60,740 nucleotides of DNA from a virus (Duplodnaviria > Caudoviricetes). Within the stretch, counting starts at the first letter, position 1, and each line of letters starts with the position of its first letter. The stretch spans positions 1 through 60,740 of IMG/VR virus record IMGVR_UViG_3300035670_000223, one strand, 5' to 3'. Positions 28,001 to 35,269 of the stretch are shown one piece after another. The notes under the pieces were generated by a model that was not told where the DNA came from, searched no databases, and saw only the letters and a list, made by a program, of their open reading frames with translations. The translations under genes were made by a program, and so were the position numbers.

Positions 28001-30856
28001 ATTGGTTCTAGGGCGTTGCAAAATCATTTAGGTTATGATATTGTAGCTGTTGGTGCTAATGCATTGCGTGGCACATTGAGTGGATCAACCGCAGAAGAAC
28101 CAAGTATTAATACATTTATAACACCAGAGTTTGGTGTTTTATTGATGGGATATTTTAACAGTTCCATATTAAGTACAGTTGATACATCGGACTTTTCTAA
28201 AAATGAATGGAAAATTCCATTATATAAAAAGAAAAGTGCGTCCGATCAAACTGAATATTTTATATACGATGAATTAACATCACCTGCGGGTGCTGATTGG
28301 ATATATGCAGATGAGGTACCAACCCCTCGATCTGTGGCGATTGCCAGTAAAGATGTTGCATATGGTGTATTTGCTCTTCCAATAAATAAAGGTAATTTTA
28401 AGGGCAGCTTATACCCAGTAATAATGAAAACATCAACACTGTCTACCGCTGGTACTAATCGTGTAGTATGGAATACAGTTCAACATGTAGATGGACTTAA
28501 TCAACGTCATAAATTAGCACCAAGGCCGGGCGTAATTTATGATGCAGGTGCATTAAAATCAGGAGCAATGGTACTAAAAGCACCGGATAAAAATACCCTT
28601 TATCTTTTAATACGCCAGGGCACCACTCAAAGCGGAATAAATAGTGGACGTTTAAACAGTAAAAGTTTCATATTAAAGTCTGGTGTTGGTCAATATCTTT
28701 TAGGCGGAGAAGGACCGGGATCACGCTTTGAAACTATCTTAACTGGTGAATCTGAAAATAGTGGTGTAGTTACACAATCTATATTTAGAGATATGGCATT
28801 TCCAACCACAGATGATGGTATGGTGGTTGGTAATATTACCCAGTGGGTAAATTCATCCGGTTTCTTATTAACAAATATTCCAACATATGCACGTACAACT
28901 GATGGCGGTTCTACGTGGGAATCGGGAAGTATTGATTCAACCGTATCGGGATCATCCGTTAGCATTAATGGTTTATGGATGAATGAAAGTGCATCCGTTG
29001 CGTATGCAGTTGGCAATTACGGATCAATTTACAAATGGACAAATATTGGTGGATGGGAAAAGAAACTTGGAGCAAGTAGCGATGTTAATTTTAATGGAAG
29101 TGTAAATGATTCATTCTGGTCAAATGCCACATCAATGAGTTTGAATGATATTCCTGTAACTGTGTTAGAGTATTTTCAACAAGAAGCAAACAAATGGCAA
29201 ACTCATGTTGCATTTTTTGATGTTGATTTTGCCAGCGATTCGGTAGGATATGCAATAGGCAAATACCCCGCTTTCATTCAGAAAGCCGTGGGTGGGGGTG
29301 GGCCCGTTGGTTATAACCAATTTATAGCTAAAACTACAGATGGTGGTGATACATGGGAATATCAAGCACTTGATATATTACCAAATCCATGTGTAAACAA
29401 AAATTATGGAGCACAACGAGGTACAGCTGGAGAGAACAAAGCACAGCCATTTGGAGAAATAACCGTTATTGATGAAAATACCGTAATCATTGGAATGAGT
29501 TATGGTACAGTTGTATATACACATGATGGTGGAACAACTTGGTCATATGATGATAAAAATGCCTTTGGCACTGCTGGTAGAACAAATGGTGCGTGTGGTT
29601 GTGACCCATATCCAATATTTTGGTGTAGTGATTATAAGCAATTTGCAGCGGAAATCACATATAGCTCATCTAGCATTTTACCACGTGAAATAACTGAAAC
29701 AGTTACAGTTGGGTCGGATGCCCAACCAAAACAAACAACCGTAACAAATAACGTTGCAGTTGGATACAAGGTTCAGTTTGAATCATCTGGAAGTGCTATT
29801 GACAGCGTTCAAATTGGATCACACGCTACATTAAGAGCAAATGAAATAGAAGATACTGTTGCCATTGGAAATGAAACATTACAATTGACACAGTATTCGT
29901 ATGGAACAACTGCGGTTGGAGCCGAAACATTATATACGTTAGAAGCTGATAAAACAAACCCACAATACCCAGCTCCAATAACAAATCAGATATATGCTTG
30001 GAATGCTGATTATGATTACTATACAAGTAGTAAATCAGAAATAAATACGGTTGTTGGACTGGGTGCCGGATACAGTTTAAAGATGGGCGGGTCTAACGTA
30101 TTTATTGGTCATAATGCAGGTATGTTTAATACCCCAAAAACACCTACATACGGCGATAATAATATCGTAATTGGAACAAATGCACAGAAAACAAATCCAA
30201 ATCAAATTAATCAAATTGCGATTGGAAATTATCAACACAATACTGCAGTTCTTTGGGGACAGCATAACGCAGCACAACCATGGATAGTAATGTCAGATGC
30301 ACGTGACAAAACGGATACGGGTTCATTTGCAACCGGTCTTACATTTATACGTGAACTGGATGTTAAAACGTTTAAGTGGGATGGTCGCTATAATTATCCG
30401 TCTGGATCTGATCCGGATGGAACGCATAAGCAGCCATCTAGTTCATTTGGATTTATTGCACAAGACATAGAATCCGCGGCTAATACAGCTGGGCTTGACC
30501 CAAGAGCATTTGTGGTGGACACAACAGGATCAAGTTCAGATGGATCTGGAAGTTTTGAACAGAAATTAATTGTTCCTGGAATGATTGATTTAATGGTGTA
30601 TAATGCAGTCAGGGAATTGGATACCACAATTCAGAATTCAAAATATGCAGCGTTTATTGGTGACGGTATAAACACATCATATACAGTTACACACAATTTG
30701 AATTCAACTGATATCATTGCCTCTGTATACGATACACAAAATGGTCCAAATACTATTGTGTATCCAACAATGTCAGTTAGTAGTTCAAATGATTTGGTTG
30801 TAACGTTTAATTCAGTTGCACTTCCAAGCCAATATAGAGTTATTGTAATGAAATAA
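22073..30856 (+). CDS. Giant tail fibre / receptor-binding protein with BNR/Asp-box beta-propellers, YadA-like repeats and S74 chaperone
   Basis: Many Asp-boxes (SADGALTW, SDNSGSSW, TNDGGVTW, TQNGGNSW, TTDRGETW, TSDGGRNW, TTDGGSTW, THDGGTTW); NxAIGxxAL repeats; SDARDK...FGFIAQ from 30293. Confidence 0.85.
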   Translation: MKIFGNTNIDGRLVADAASFGTFGLKTGETIPNVFIAGTDTQDFRSVQGNRSVIAQGQYDYIITSQDVGGVNEPSFKQTEDLLQGSVMGYRVQHVDSKTVYTLVVERNKPANVTASFINVSENGGIKFERAYSIGITAFDMEWVNADEAYVVGGKVTPGLDKVFWEKFNKYGLPVITTASNASSKTAVVYKKEANSNNFIPWGTFPASFFNDCATAIAVNKDDNDIVLVGTENGKIYKSADGALTWQLVYNGSNCINKIKFVTGNSAHVWAVGTNQTLLRSTLAGEADTWETLSTSDSSNIVKYYKAANDTRVSIERSKAFNDILLPNVDNAIVIGDDFKYVLQTLNSSQEAAEDIVWKKNPTNIFADYEPITKIKSIIVNTTAYYAAISRDKLFYTSDIKYDRLSSDASNINLAGLDWKEYALTGDGVTGDAIDLVLVTDENPTVNNTQGYAFILTTNGLYEFDFSTNRLSPKRQFPSSFTSSPLGLVAHSYREIYITAENAKILRGTKFQYSFENNFTFVEETSSLSTEILTSINTAKTGRIFAGTNDGILIFKDTGSIIDETTYSTDPVTWTQATSSPTGSAHTIVQLQAIDNDKIYALIKDTGTLDTVLFRSDNSGSSWSQLYAYPENVSQFFVYDDTPSNEEIYALNQDGTLIYATANSFSTVTQYAISSDDNSNFESIEYDSTQTSKIFLLTARNGISMTDLQTVKRAGPFDSQWTLCAITGEDGNDFWIAGGTTFTAKRGTPALNDLGSEPLLLRSSAVPISQGQGGEIWENYTDRIEPDEPLVTGTSGGDFTLTSLSEGTYIVEESKDIFNVYSTANEGASFTKVNSNLYREDNIYPGNMDGIQKLRFYDNKFGVAVSDISIDETLKTATNINTDPNTTSKISITNDGGVTWNYAFLPLEYNFTSVFITTKSLNLNTNQDEYQIFATAYPTDDSSDGVIFKSDTSGLTWQIIYTFPQSTSGLSYRPADIFFVNDSTGSVSVYGNINGTPTVEGIYKTQNGGNSWSFVTISDFAASNTKGHLQFITSRKGYVGGAHGTDKYSGLYKTIDSGDSWTRILTPYSSSDNSPITALHFLDEAVGVIGVGNEIWKTTDSGSSWSRTHQLRRIVGRDFVGVSGSINDIKFNSNGTLGFAVGFYASTNDSTRGEHFVLKSIDSGSSWTEVDSNHSYVDLEFDFDNSRNLVGQPSNLYTIAFAEQVILAEESQSVVEPDPEEPRPTDDCFGSKFMSASYYNFENFAYKCTPSGSRPIYHPNISQNIGLGRGIFGQRTSIDRAVLKNTIRYGAALGVNALGKAENSKGDTAAGFGAMDQMENTTNNVAIGYKALSWNRPDANLTGGTNTTSTAGVNSLIFALRNNAALLVSENGGRYWSVDRTQLAGYGTGSENLEFRKIYKVSNDEVLVLANSISDDPGEKTVIAKYNKKADDYSVIFTSSIDRIDELDVLTPSIVYGIDTRQKKFFKSISGATGFETGSISDTAGNFLRSVNMSSQTVGFIVGSKIWKLQDGSQLEWETSSYAGEHIINAIDYVSPGTRTWVAVGNSGSIYRTTDRGETWSHIQPNITTQNLKDVKSVGNRVIAVGDSGSILVSNNSGLTWASGQFVQDNVEYKTLSNITILDKDSIIVNHDSGLIKTSDGGRNWYDLEIQDLAEYLYGSFTGSEDFPMLIKSITNTRYSVDRAFAPSSDLSIINPSAVRPVPEQIAQTRTVDENVAVGSYSLYATANSSKMVAIGANALRSVSSNEQGSPPNSGETIFSTAYDFVSNITASGLPATYGQIAIGANSQQKSDNSFFNTSVGYASLYELDNSSYNTAIGFYSQHFSNNNRNTSLGVWALGLNADLGLSDGILSTDSTVISSSFFGGSDNIAIGYKALLNNVTSHRVFEMRRAGTDDPYVGLASLGSRNIAIGNNAFLNSNGSVDTIAIGHGAVERRGSDLTDSVFVGNFVGENFGPLTGSYYSSSLENDWRLTQTVAIGSRALQNHLGYDIVAVGANALRGTLSGSTAEEPSINTFITPEFGVLLMGYFNSSILSTVDTSDFSKNEWKIPLYKKKSASDQTEYFIYDELTSPAGADWIYADEVPTPRSVAIASKDVAYGVFALPINKGNFKGSLYPVIMKTSTLSTAGTNRVVWNTVQHVDGLNQRHKLAPRPGVIYDAGALKSGAMVLKAPDKNTLYLLIRQGTTQSGINSGRLNSKSFILKSGVGQYLLGGEGPGSRFETILTGESENSGVVTQSIFRDMAFPTTDDGMVVGNITQWVNSSGFLLTNIPTYARTTDGGSTWESGSIDSTVSGSSVSINGLWMNESASVAYAVGNYGSIYKWTNIGGWEKKLGASSDVNFNGSVNDSFWSNATSMSLNDIPVTVLEYFQQEANKWQTHVAFFDVDFASDSVGYAIGKYPAFIQKAVGGGGPVGYNQFIAKTTDGGDTWEYQALDILPNPCVNKNYGAQRGTAGENKAQPFGEITVIDENTVIIGMSYGTVVYTHDGGTTWSYDDKNAFGTAGRTNGACGCDPYPIFWCSDYKQFAAEITYSSSSILPREITETVTVGSDAQPKQTTVTNNVAVGYKVQFESSGSAIDSVQIGSHATLRANEIEDTVAIGNETLQLTQYSYGTTAVGAETLYTLEADKTNPQYPAPITNQIYAWNADYDYYTSSKSEINTVVGLGAGYSLKMGGSNVFIGHNAGMFNTPKTPTYGDNNIVIGTNAQKTNPNQINQIAIGNYQHNTAVLWGQHNAAQPWIVMSDARDKTDTGSFATGLTFIRELDVKTFKWDGRYNYPSGSDPDGTHKQPSSSFGFIAQDIESAANTAGLDPRAFVVDTTGSSSDGSGSFEQKLIVPGMIDLMVYNAVRELDTTIQNSKYAAFIGDGINTSYTVTHNLNSTDIIASVYDTQNGPNTIVYPTMSVSSSNDLVVTFNSVALPSQYRVIVMK

Positions 30857-30863
30857 ATAAAGT

Positions 30864-30895
30864 AACCCTCCCTGTTTTTACGGGGAGGGTTTTTT
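30864..30895 (+). terminator. Rho-independent terminator after giant fibre gene
   Basis: AACCCTCCCTGT-tttt-ACGGGGAGGGTT followed by a T run. Confidence 0.88.
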
Positions 30896-30904
30896 ATTAT
30901 TTTC

Positions 30905-30913
30905 ATATTTATA
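30905..30913 (+). promoter_or_regulatory. Putative late promoter motif ATATTTATA
   Basis: After the terminator, upstream of 30947. Confidence 0.6.
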
Positions 30914-30946
30914 TAAAATAAAAAAAGTTTATTTAAAGGAGTTTTT

Positions 30947-31783
30947 ATGAGTACTGAAAAACAGTTAACTGATGAACAATTAAAAGAATTAGCACTTCAA
31001 AATTATAAAACAGAAGAAGTTAAAAGTTATAATTTTCCAACAGAAACGGTGCCATTACCATCAAGGGGACTATTGTATCCCAAAGATCACCCGTTGGCAT
31101 CTGGATTTATTGATTTAAAGTATATGACTGCACGGGAGGAAGATATTTTAACATCTGCAAATTTAATAAAACAAGGGACTGTTATAGATAAATTGTTGCA
31201 ATCACTTATAGTTACTCCTATGAGATATGACGATATATATATAGGAGATAAAAATGCAATCATGGTTGCTGCAAGAATTTTGGGGTATGGAAAAGATTAT
31301 GATGTAGAAATAGATGATCCGTTTTCACCGGGAAATAAACAAAGAGTAACAATTGATTTACAAGAAATTCAAGACAAAGAAGTTAATTGGGAAATGATGC
31401 CTGAAAATGAAAATAGATTTGAATTCACATTGCCAAACTCAAAAAGAAAAATTACATTTAGATTGCTCACACATGGAATTGAAAATGAAATATCGCAGGC
31501 ATTAAAAAATAAAAGATTAAAGAAAAACGATGGCATAGATAGAGAATTTACAACACGATTAAAGTATGTGATAACATCAGTTGATGAAGAAACTGATAGA
31601 CAATATATTGATAATTTTGTTGACAATGAACTGTTTTCACTTGATTCGAGAGCATTGCGAGATTATATACAAGAAGTATCCCCAGACATAGACTTAAAAT
31701 TTGAATTTATGTCAGATATAACAGGGGACTCCATGTTAATGGACGTGCCGATGGGGACCTCCTTTTTTTGGCCTAGGGGTTAG
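30947..31783 (+). CDS. Tail assembly chaperone / baseplate hub assembly protein (gp26-like)
   Basis: VPLPSRGLLY, YMTAREEDIL, GDKNAIMVAARILGYG, FTLP..K..ITFRLLT, ends FFWP; directly upstream of the tape measure gene. Confidence 0.8.
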   Translation: MSTEKQLTDEQLKELALQNYKTEEVKSYNFPTETVPLPSRGLLYPKDHPLASGFIDLKYMTAREEDILTSANLIKQGTVIDKLLQSLIVTPMRYDDIYIGDKNAIMVAARILGYGKDYDVEIDDPFSPGNKQRVTIDLQEIQDKEVNWEMMPENENRFEFTLPNSKRKITFRLLTHGIENEISQALKNKRLKKNDGIDREFTTRLKYVITSVDEETDRQYIDNFVDNELFSLDSRALRDYIQEVSPDIDLKFEFMSDITGDSMLMDVPMGTSFFWPRG

Positions 31784-32006
31784 CCACAAGCCCCTTATAC
31801 ACAAGGAAATTTTTCAGTTAGTATTTTATACTAAAGGTTCATTTCCGTGGGAACATGTATACAACATGCCAATTTTTTTAAGAAAATTTTATATAAAAGA
31901 GGTGGAGCAGGCATTTGTTGACAGAGCAAAAGCAATAGATGAAGCAACAAAAGGCGTTAAAAAATCTTCAAATTCTACGTCAAAACCGGGAATTTCGCCT
32001 AAATAA
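31764..32006 (+). CDS. Start-less ORF: predicted frameshift extension of 30947..31783 (lambda gpT / gp51-like domain)
   Basis: The +1 frame is open from 31740 to TAA 32004-32006 and reads FFGLGVSHKPLIHKEIFQLVFYTKGSFPWEHVYNMPIFLRKFYIKEVEQ... There is no ATG/GTG/TTG before 31866. It overlaps the T7 run at 31763-31769. Confidence 0.7.
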   Translation, partial: FFGLGVSHKPLIHKEIFQLVFYTKGSFPWEHVYNMPIFLRKFYIKEVEQAFVDRAKAIDEATKGVKKSSNSTSKPGISPK

Positions 32007-32018
32007 TTTTTTTATAAA

Positions 32019-32027
32019 ATATTTATT
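32019..32027 (+). promoter_or_regulatory. Putative late promoter motif ATATTTATT
   Basis: Upstream of the tape measure gene. Confidence 0.55.
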
Positions 32028-32058
32028 ATAAAGGGTATTATTTTAACTGGGCGAATAA

Positions 32059-35000
32059 ATGGCAACTAGCGAAGATTTACAAAAACAGAAAAAAGCTTTA
32101 GAAAAATTGGTCAAATTGAAAGAACAATTTGCTGAAATAGATTTTTCTACATCGTCTGCCTCTGCCCAAAAATTAAAAAATAATATAGATAAAGTTACTG
32201 AATCCTTAGTTAAAATGGGAATGGCTGAGGAAAGGATTGACGCATTTTATAAAGCATTTGTAAAGGCGAATGCTTCTGTAAATGATATATCAATTAGTTT
32301 AAGCGGTAATTTACTTAAAAATATAAACAAGCTTAACGAAAATATTTCAGAGGGTGTTAAACAGTTTTCAACACCTTTAGAAGATTTTAAAGCAGGTGCA
32401 GAAAACATAATTGATTTATTACAAAATACAATTAAAAAATCAGCAGATTTAGAAACATATGCGCTAGAAAGACGTAGAGAAAATACACGCGGATTTGTAG
32501 AAAAGTCAATTAAATTAACATCTGATTTATCTAAAGCATATGATAATCTAATAAAGAATGAAGCCAATTTAGGAACTGCCAAATTTGCCAATTTAAACGT
32601 TGAGCAGGAAATTGCAAACACGCTTCTTTATATAAATGAATTAGATAAAATGAAGCTGCAACTTGCAGGCGGATATTATAGTAGTTTGAGAATGCAAGCA
32701 ACTACTGTTTTGGAAATGCTAAACGATATAACTACATTGAATAAGGTTCATAGAGCAAACCACGATTTAGCAAAAGATGCATTGGAAACAGAGCGTGAAC
32801 GTTTGCAATTAGAAAAAGAAATTGCAGCCGAAGAAAAAAAAATGCAACAAGAAAAAGAAAAATTTGATCAAAAGCAAGAAAAAATGGATCGAGAACTAAG
32901 AGCAAGAGAATTGAATCGGGTCTTTGGTCCAGTGTTAGCTGAAATAGCTGCATTAGAAAAGCTAGAAGAAGAGAGAGAAAAAATTTATGAAAAGCGAGAA
33001 AAAATAGATCGAGAACGAAGAGCAAGAGAGTTGAACCGTGTTTTCGGTCCAGTATTAGCTGAAATAGCTGCATTAGAAAAGCTAGAAGACGAAATAGAAA
33101 AATTTAATCAAAAACGAGAAAAAATAGACCGAGATCAGAGAGCAAGAGACTTGAATCGCGTTTTTGGTCCATTGCAGCAAAAATTAAATGCTGAAGAAAA
33201 AATGCAAGAGGAATTAAATAAGTTACGAGAAAAAGAAGAGGAAAAAGCCAAACAAGCATATGACAACTTCTTTAATAAAGCAATATCAAAAATGCCGCTT
33301 AGTGGTATACTTTCTAAAACAGCAGCGTTGGGTGCTGTTGCGCAAATGTTATCATTAATTGTTGGTGGGATTCTTTATTTACTTACCAAATGGGATTTTT
33401 TAGTTTCTAAATTTGCAGAAAAACTATCTATAGCACGTGCACAGGCCGAAGCAACATTAAAAGTTGCAGGCGATTTGGCTTCTAAATTTAGTCTAATAAA
33501 TTCAAATATGGAGCAAGTCGCTATTGCGATTGCTGAAGTTGTTGAGGGGTTGGGTGGAGCGGATATAACAACAGCGTTGATTTCAAATAATCGATTTGTA
33601 GAACGGTTGACTCAAGGTGCCACTGTATTGAGTGATACATTTGGATTAGCTGGAAAAGAAATAGCTGGAATGGTGGATGCATCGACCGCAATGGGAGTTT
33701 CGTTATCAAGTAATACCATAATGGCTACTGCCATGTCTAAAGGTATTATGAGTGTAAACAAATTGATGCAATCACTTGCTAATTTATCTCCAAAAATTTT
33801 AACGGGGTTTAAGGGCTCAAATTCACAGTTAATATCCATGGTTACAAAAATGAAATTACTTGGAGTTGAAGCTAATAATGTTGTATCTGCTAATAATAAG
33901 CTATTAGATATTGAAAGTTCGATAACAAATGCCTTTGAAGCACAGGTTGCAACTGGGGCGCAAATAAACATAGATAGGCTAATGGCGTTACAGATGTCAG
34001 GAAAATACAGCGATGTATTGGATGAACAACTTAAAACATTACAGCAAAGCGATTATTTAAATAGATCACCACTAGCACAACAATTAATTGCAGAAGGTCT
34101 TGGATTAGATGCCGAAACTGCATCACAGATGATGCTCAGAAATCTTTTAATGGAGAGAGTGGGTCTAACTGATGAATTAATTGCAAAAAGACAACAAGAA
34201 GGAAAGCTATTAGAAAATGACATAAGACTTGCCGAAAAACAAGGACGAATTAGTAAAATTGAAGCCGATAGATTAATGGACATTTCTAAAGAATATGACA
34301 GTAAAACTATTCAAGAAAAATTTATACGTGCTCTTAATGAATTTACAGCTGCGTTAAGTTCTACACTTGGTCCTTTAACAGACATATTGCGCACCTTAGC
34401 ATCTGGAATTAATTCAATCTCACAATCCATTGGCGGATTGACGTATGGCCTCGGAAATGTTGGCACTGGTATAATGTCTGGAATTGCAGGTATTGGTCTA
34501 GCGGCTTCTGTTATTTTATTAGCTAAAAAAGGTATTGGTGCAGTTAGGGGCATGGCAGCGGTATTACGGGGAGGTGCCGGGGGAGGAGTCGGCGCAGCAT
34601 CAACTGCAGCAGGCGCAACTGAAGCAGCTGCACAAGCAATGACAGGTACGGGAACAGCAAAGGGAATTGGAACTGCAAGTAAATTTATGAAAGGATTAAA
34701 AGCAGGTGGTGTTCTCGGTGGGATAGCAACTGCTGCTGAATTTGGTGTGAATTTATCACAGGGGCAGTCATTAGGTGAAGCTGCTGGAAGAGCGGGACTA
34801 TCAGGGGGTCTCGGAATCGCGGGCGCAGCATTGGGATCATTAATACCATTGCCTGTTGTTGGAACACTGGCGGGTGGTTTCTTGGGTAGCGCATTGGGAG
34901 ATTTCATAGGAAATCAAATATATGGCAATCAAATGACGCCAGAAGATTCTGCATTTTTAGAATCAAACATATCTGCATATCAAAATGCAAATGCTGCATC

Positions 35001-35253
35001 ACAAGCGACAGCAACTACTATTTCATCCGAATTAATAAATGCTATAAATATGATGTCATCTAAATTGGATACTACAAATAGTTTGTTAAGTACAATGAAT
35101 AATAAGCAAACAGAAATTGCAGTTGAATTAGACGGTGAGCGTGTAGGAAAAGCAGTTATGAGTTATTCATCTGCCACAATGGATAGAAACAGAATTATAG
35201 GCAACAATTTTGGTGCCAATCGAGATCAATATTCAAATCGTGTTCCACGTTAA
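32059..35253 (+). CDS. Tape measure protein
   Basis: 1064 aa, helical and Ala/Leu-rich; LLDIESSI..AFEAQV.TG..IN motif; Gly-rich hydrophobic C-terminal region and VELDGERVG end; follows the chaperone. Confidence 0.85.
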   Translation: MATSEDLQKQKKALEKLVKLKEQFAEIDFSTSSASAQKLKNNIDKVTESLVKMGMAEERIDAFYKAFVKANASVNDISISLSGNLLKNINKLNENISEGVKQFSTPLEDFKAGAENIIDLLQNTIKKSADLETYALERRRENTRGFVEKSIKLTSDLSKAYDNLIKNEANLGTAKFANLNVEQEIANTLLYINELDKMKLQLAGGYYSSLRMQATTVLEMLNDITTLNKVHRANHDLAKDALETERERLQLEKEIAAEEKKMQQEKEKFDQKQEKMDRELRARELNRVFGPVLAEIAALEKLEEEREKIYEKREKIDRERRARELNRVFGPVLAEIAALEKLEDEIEKFNQKREKIDRDQRARDLNRVFGPLQQKLNAEEKMQEELNKLREKEEEKAKQAYDNFFNKAISKMPLSGILSKTAALGAVAQMLSLIVGGILYLLTKWDFLVSKFAEKLSIARAQAEATLKVAGDLASKFSLINSNMEQVAIAIAEVVEGLGGADITTALISNNRFVERLTQGATVLSDTFGLAGKEIAGMVDASTAMGVSLSSNTIMATAMSKGIMSVNKLMQSLANLSPKILTGFKGSNSQLISMVTKMKLLGVEANNVVSANNKLLDIESSITNAFEAQVATGAQINIDRLMALQMSGKYSDVLDEQLKTLQQSDYLNRSPLAQQLIAEGLGLDAETASQMMLRNLLMERVGLTDELIAKRQQEGKLLENDIRLAEKQGRISKIEADRLMDISKEYDSKTIQEKFIRALNEFTAALSSTLGPLTDILRTLASGINSISQSIGGLTYGLGNVGTGIMSGIAGIGLAASVILLAKKGIGAVRGMAAVLRGGAGGGVGAASTAAGATEAAAQAMTGTGTAKGIGTASKFMKGLKAGGVLGGIATAAEFGVNLSQGQSLGEAAGRAGLSGGLGIAGAALGSLIPLPVVGTLAGGFLGSALGDFIGNQIYGNQMTPEDSAFLESNISAYQNANAASQATATTISSELINAINMMSSKLDTTNSLLSTMNNKQTEIAVELDGERVGKAVMSYSSATMDRNRIIGNNFGANRDQYSNRVPR
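32857..33171 (+). repeat. 120-bp (40-aa) tandem repeat, about 2.6 copies, in the tape measure gene
   Basis: Near-identical DNA at 32881, 33001 and 33121; encodes RARELNRVFGPVLAEIAALEKLE. Confidence 0.92.
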
Positions 35254-35269
35254 CTAAAATAATAAAAAT

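Noticed and set aside
31762-31776. Canonical -1 frameshift at the T run
   Set aside because: The -1 frame reaches TAG at 31774-31776 within a few codons.
31781-31783. Stop-codon reassignment or TAG readthrough
   Set aside because: Core genes are intact in code 11, and TAG, TGA and TAA all end genes at sensible positions. Readthrough here adds only a short peptide before a TAA.
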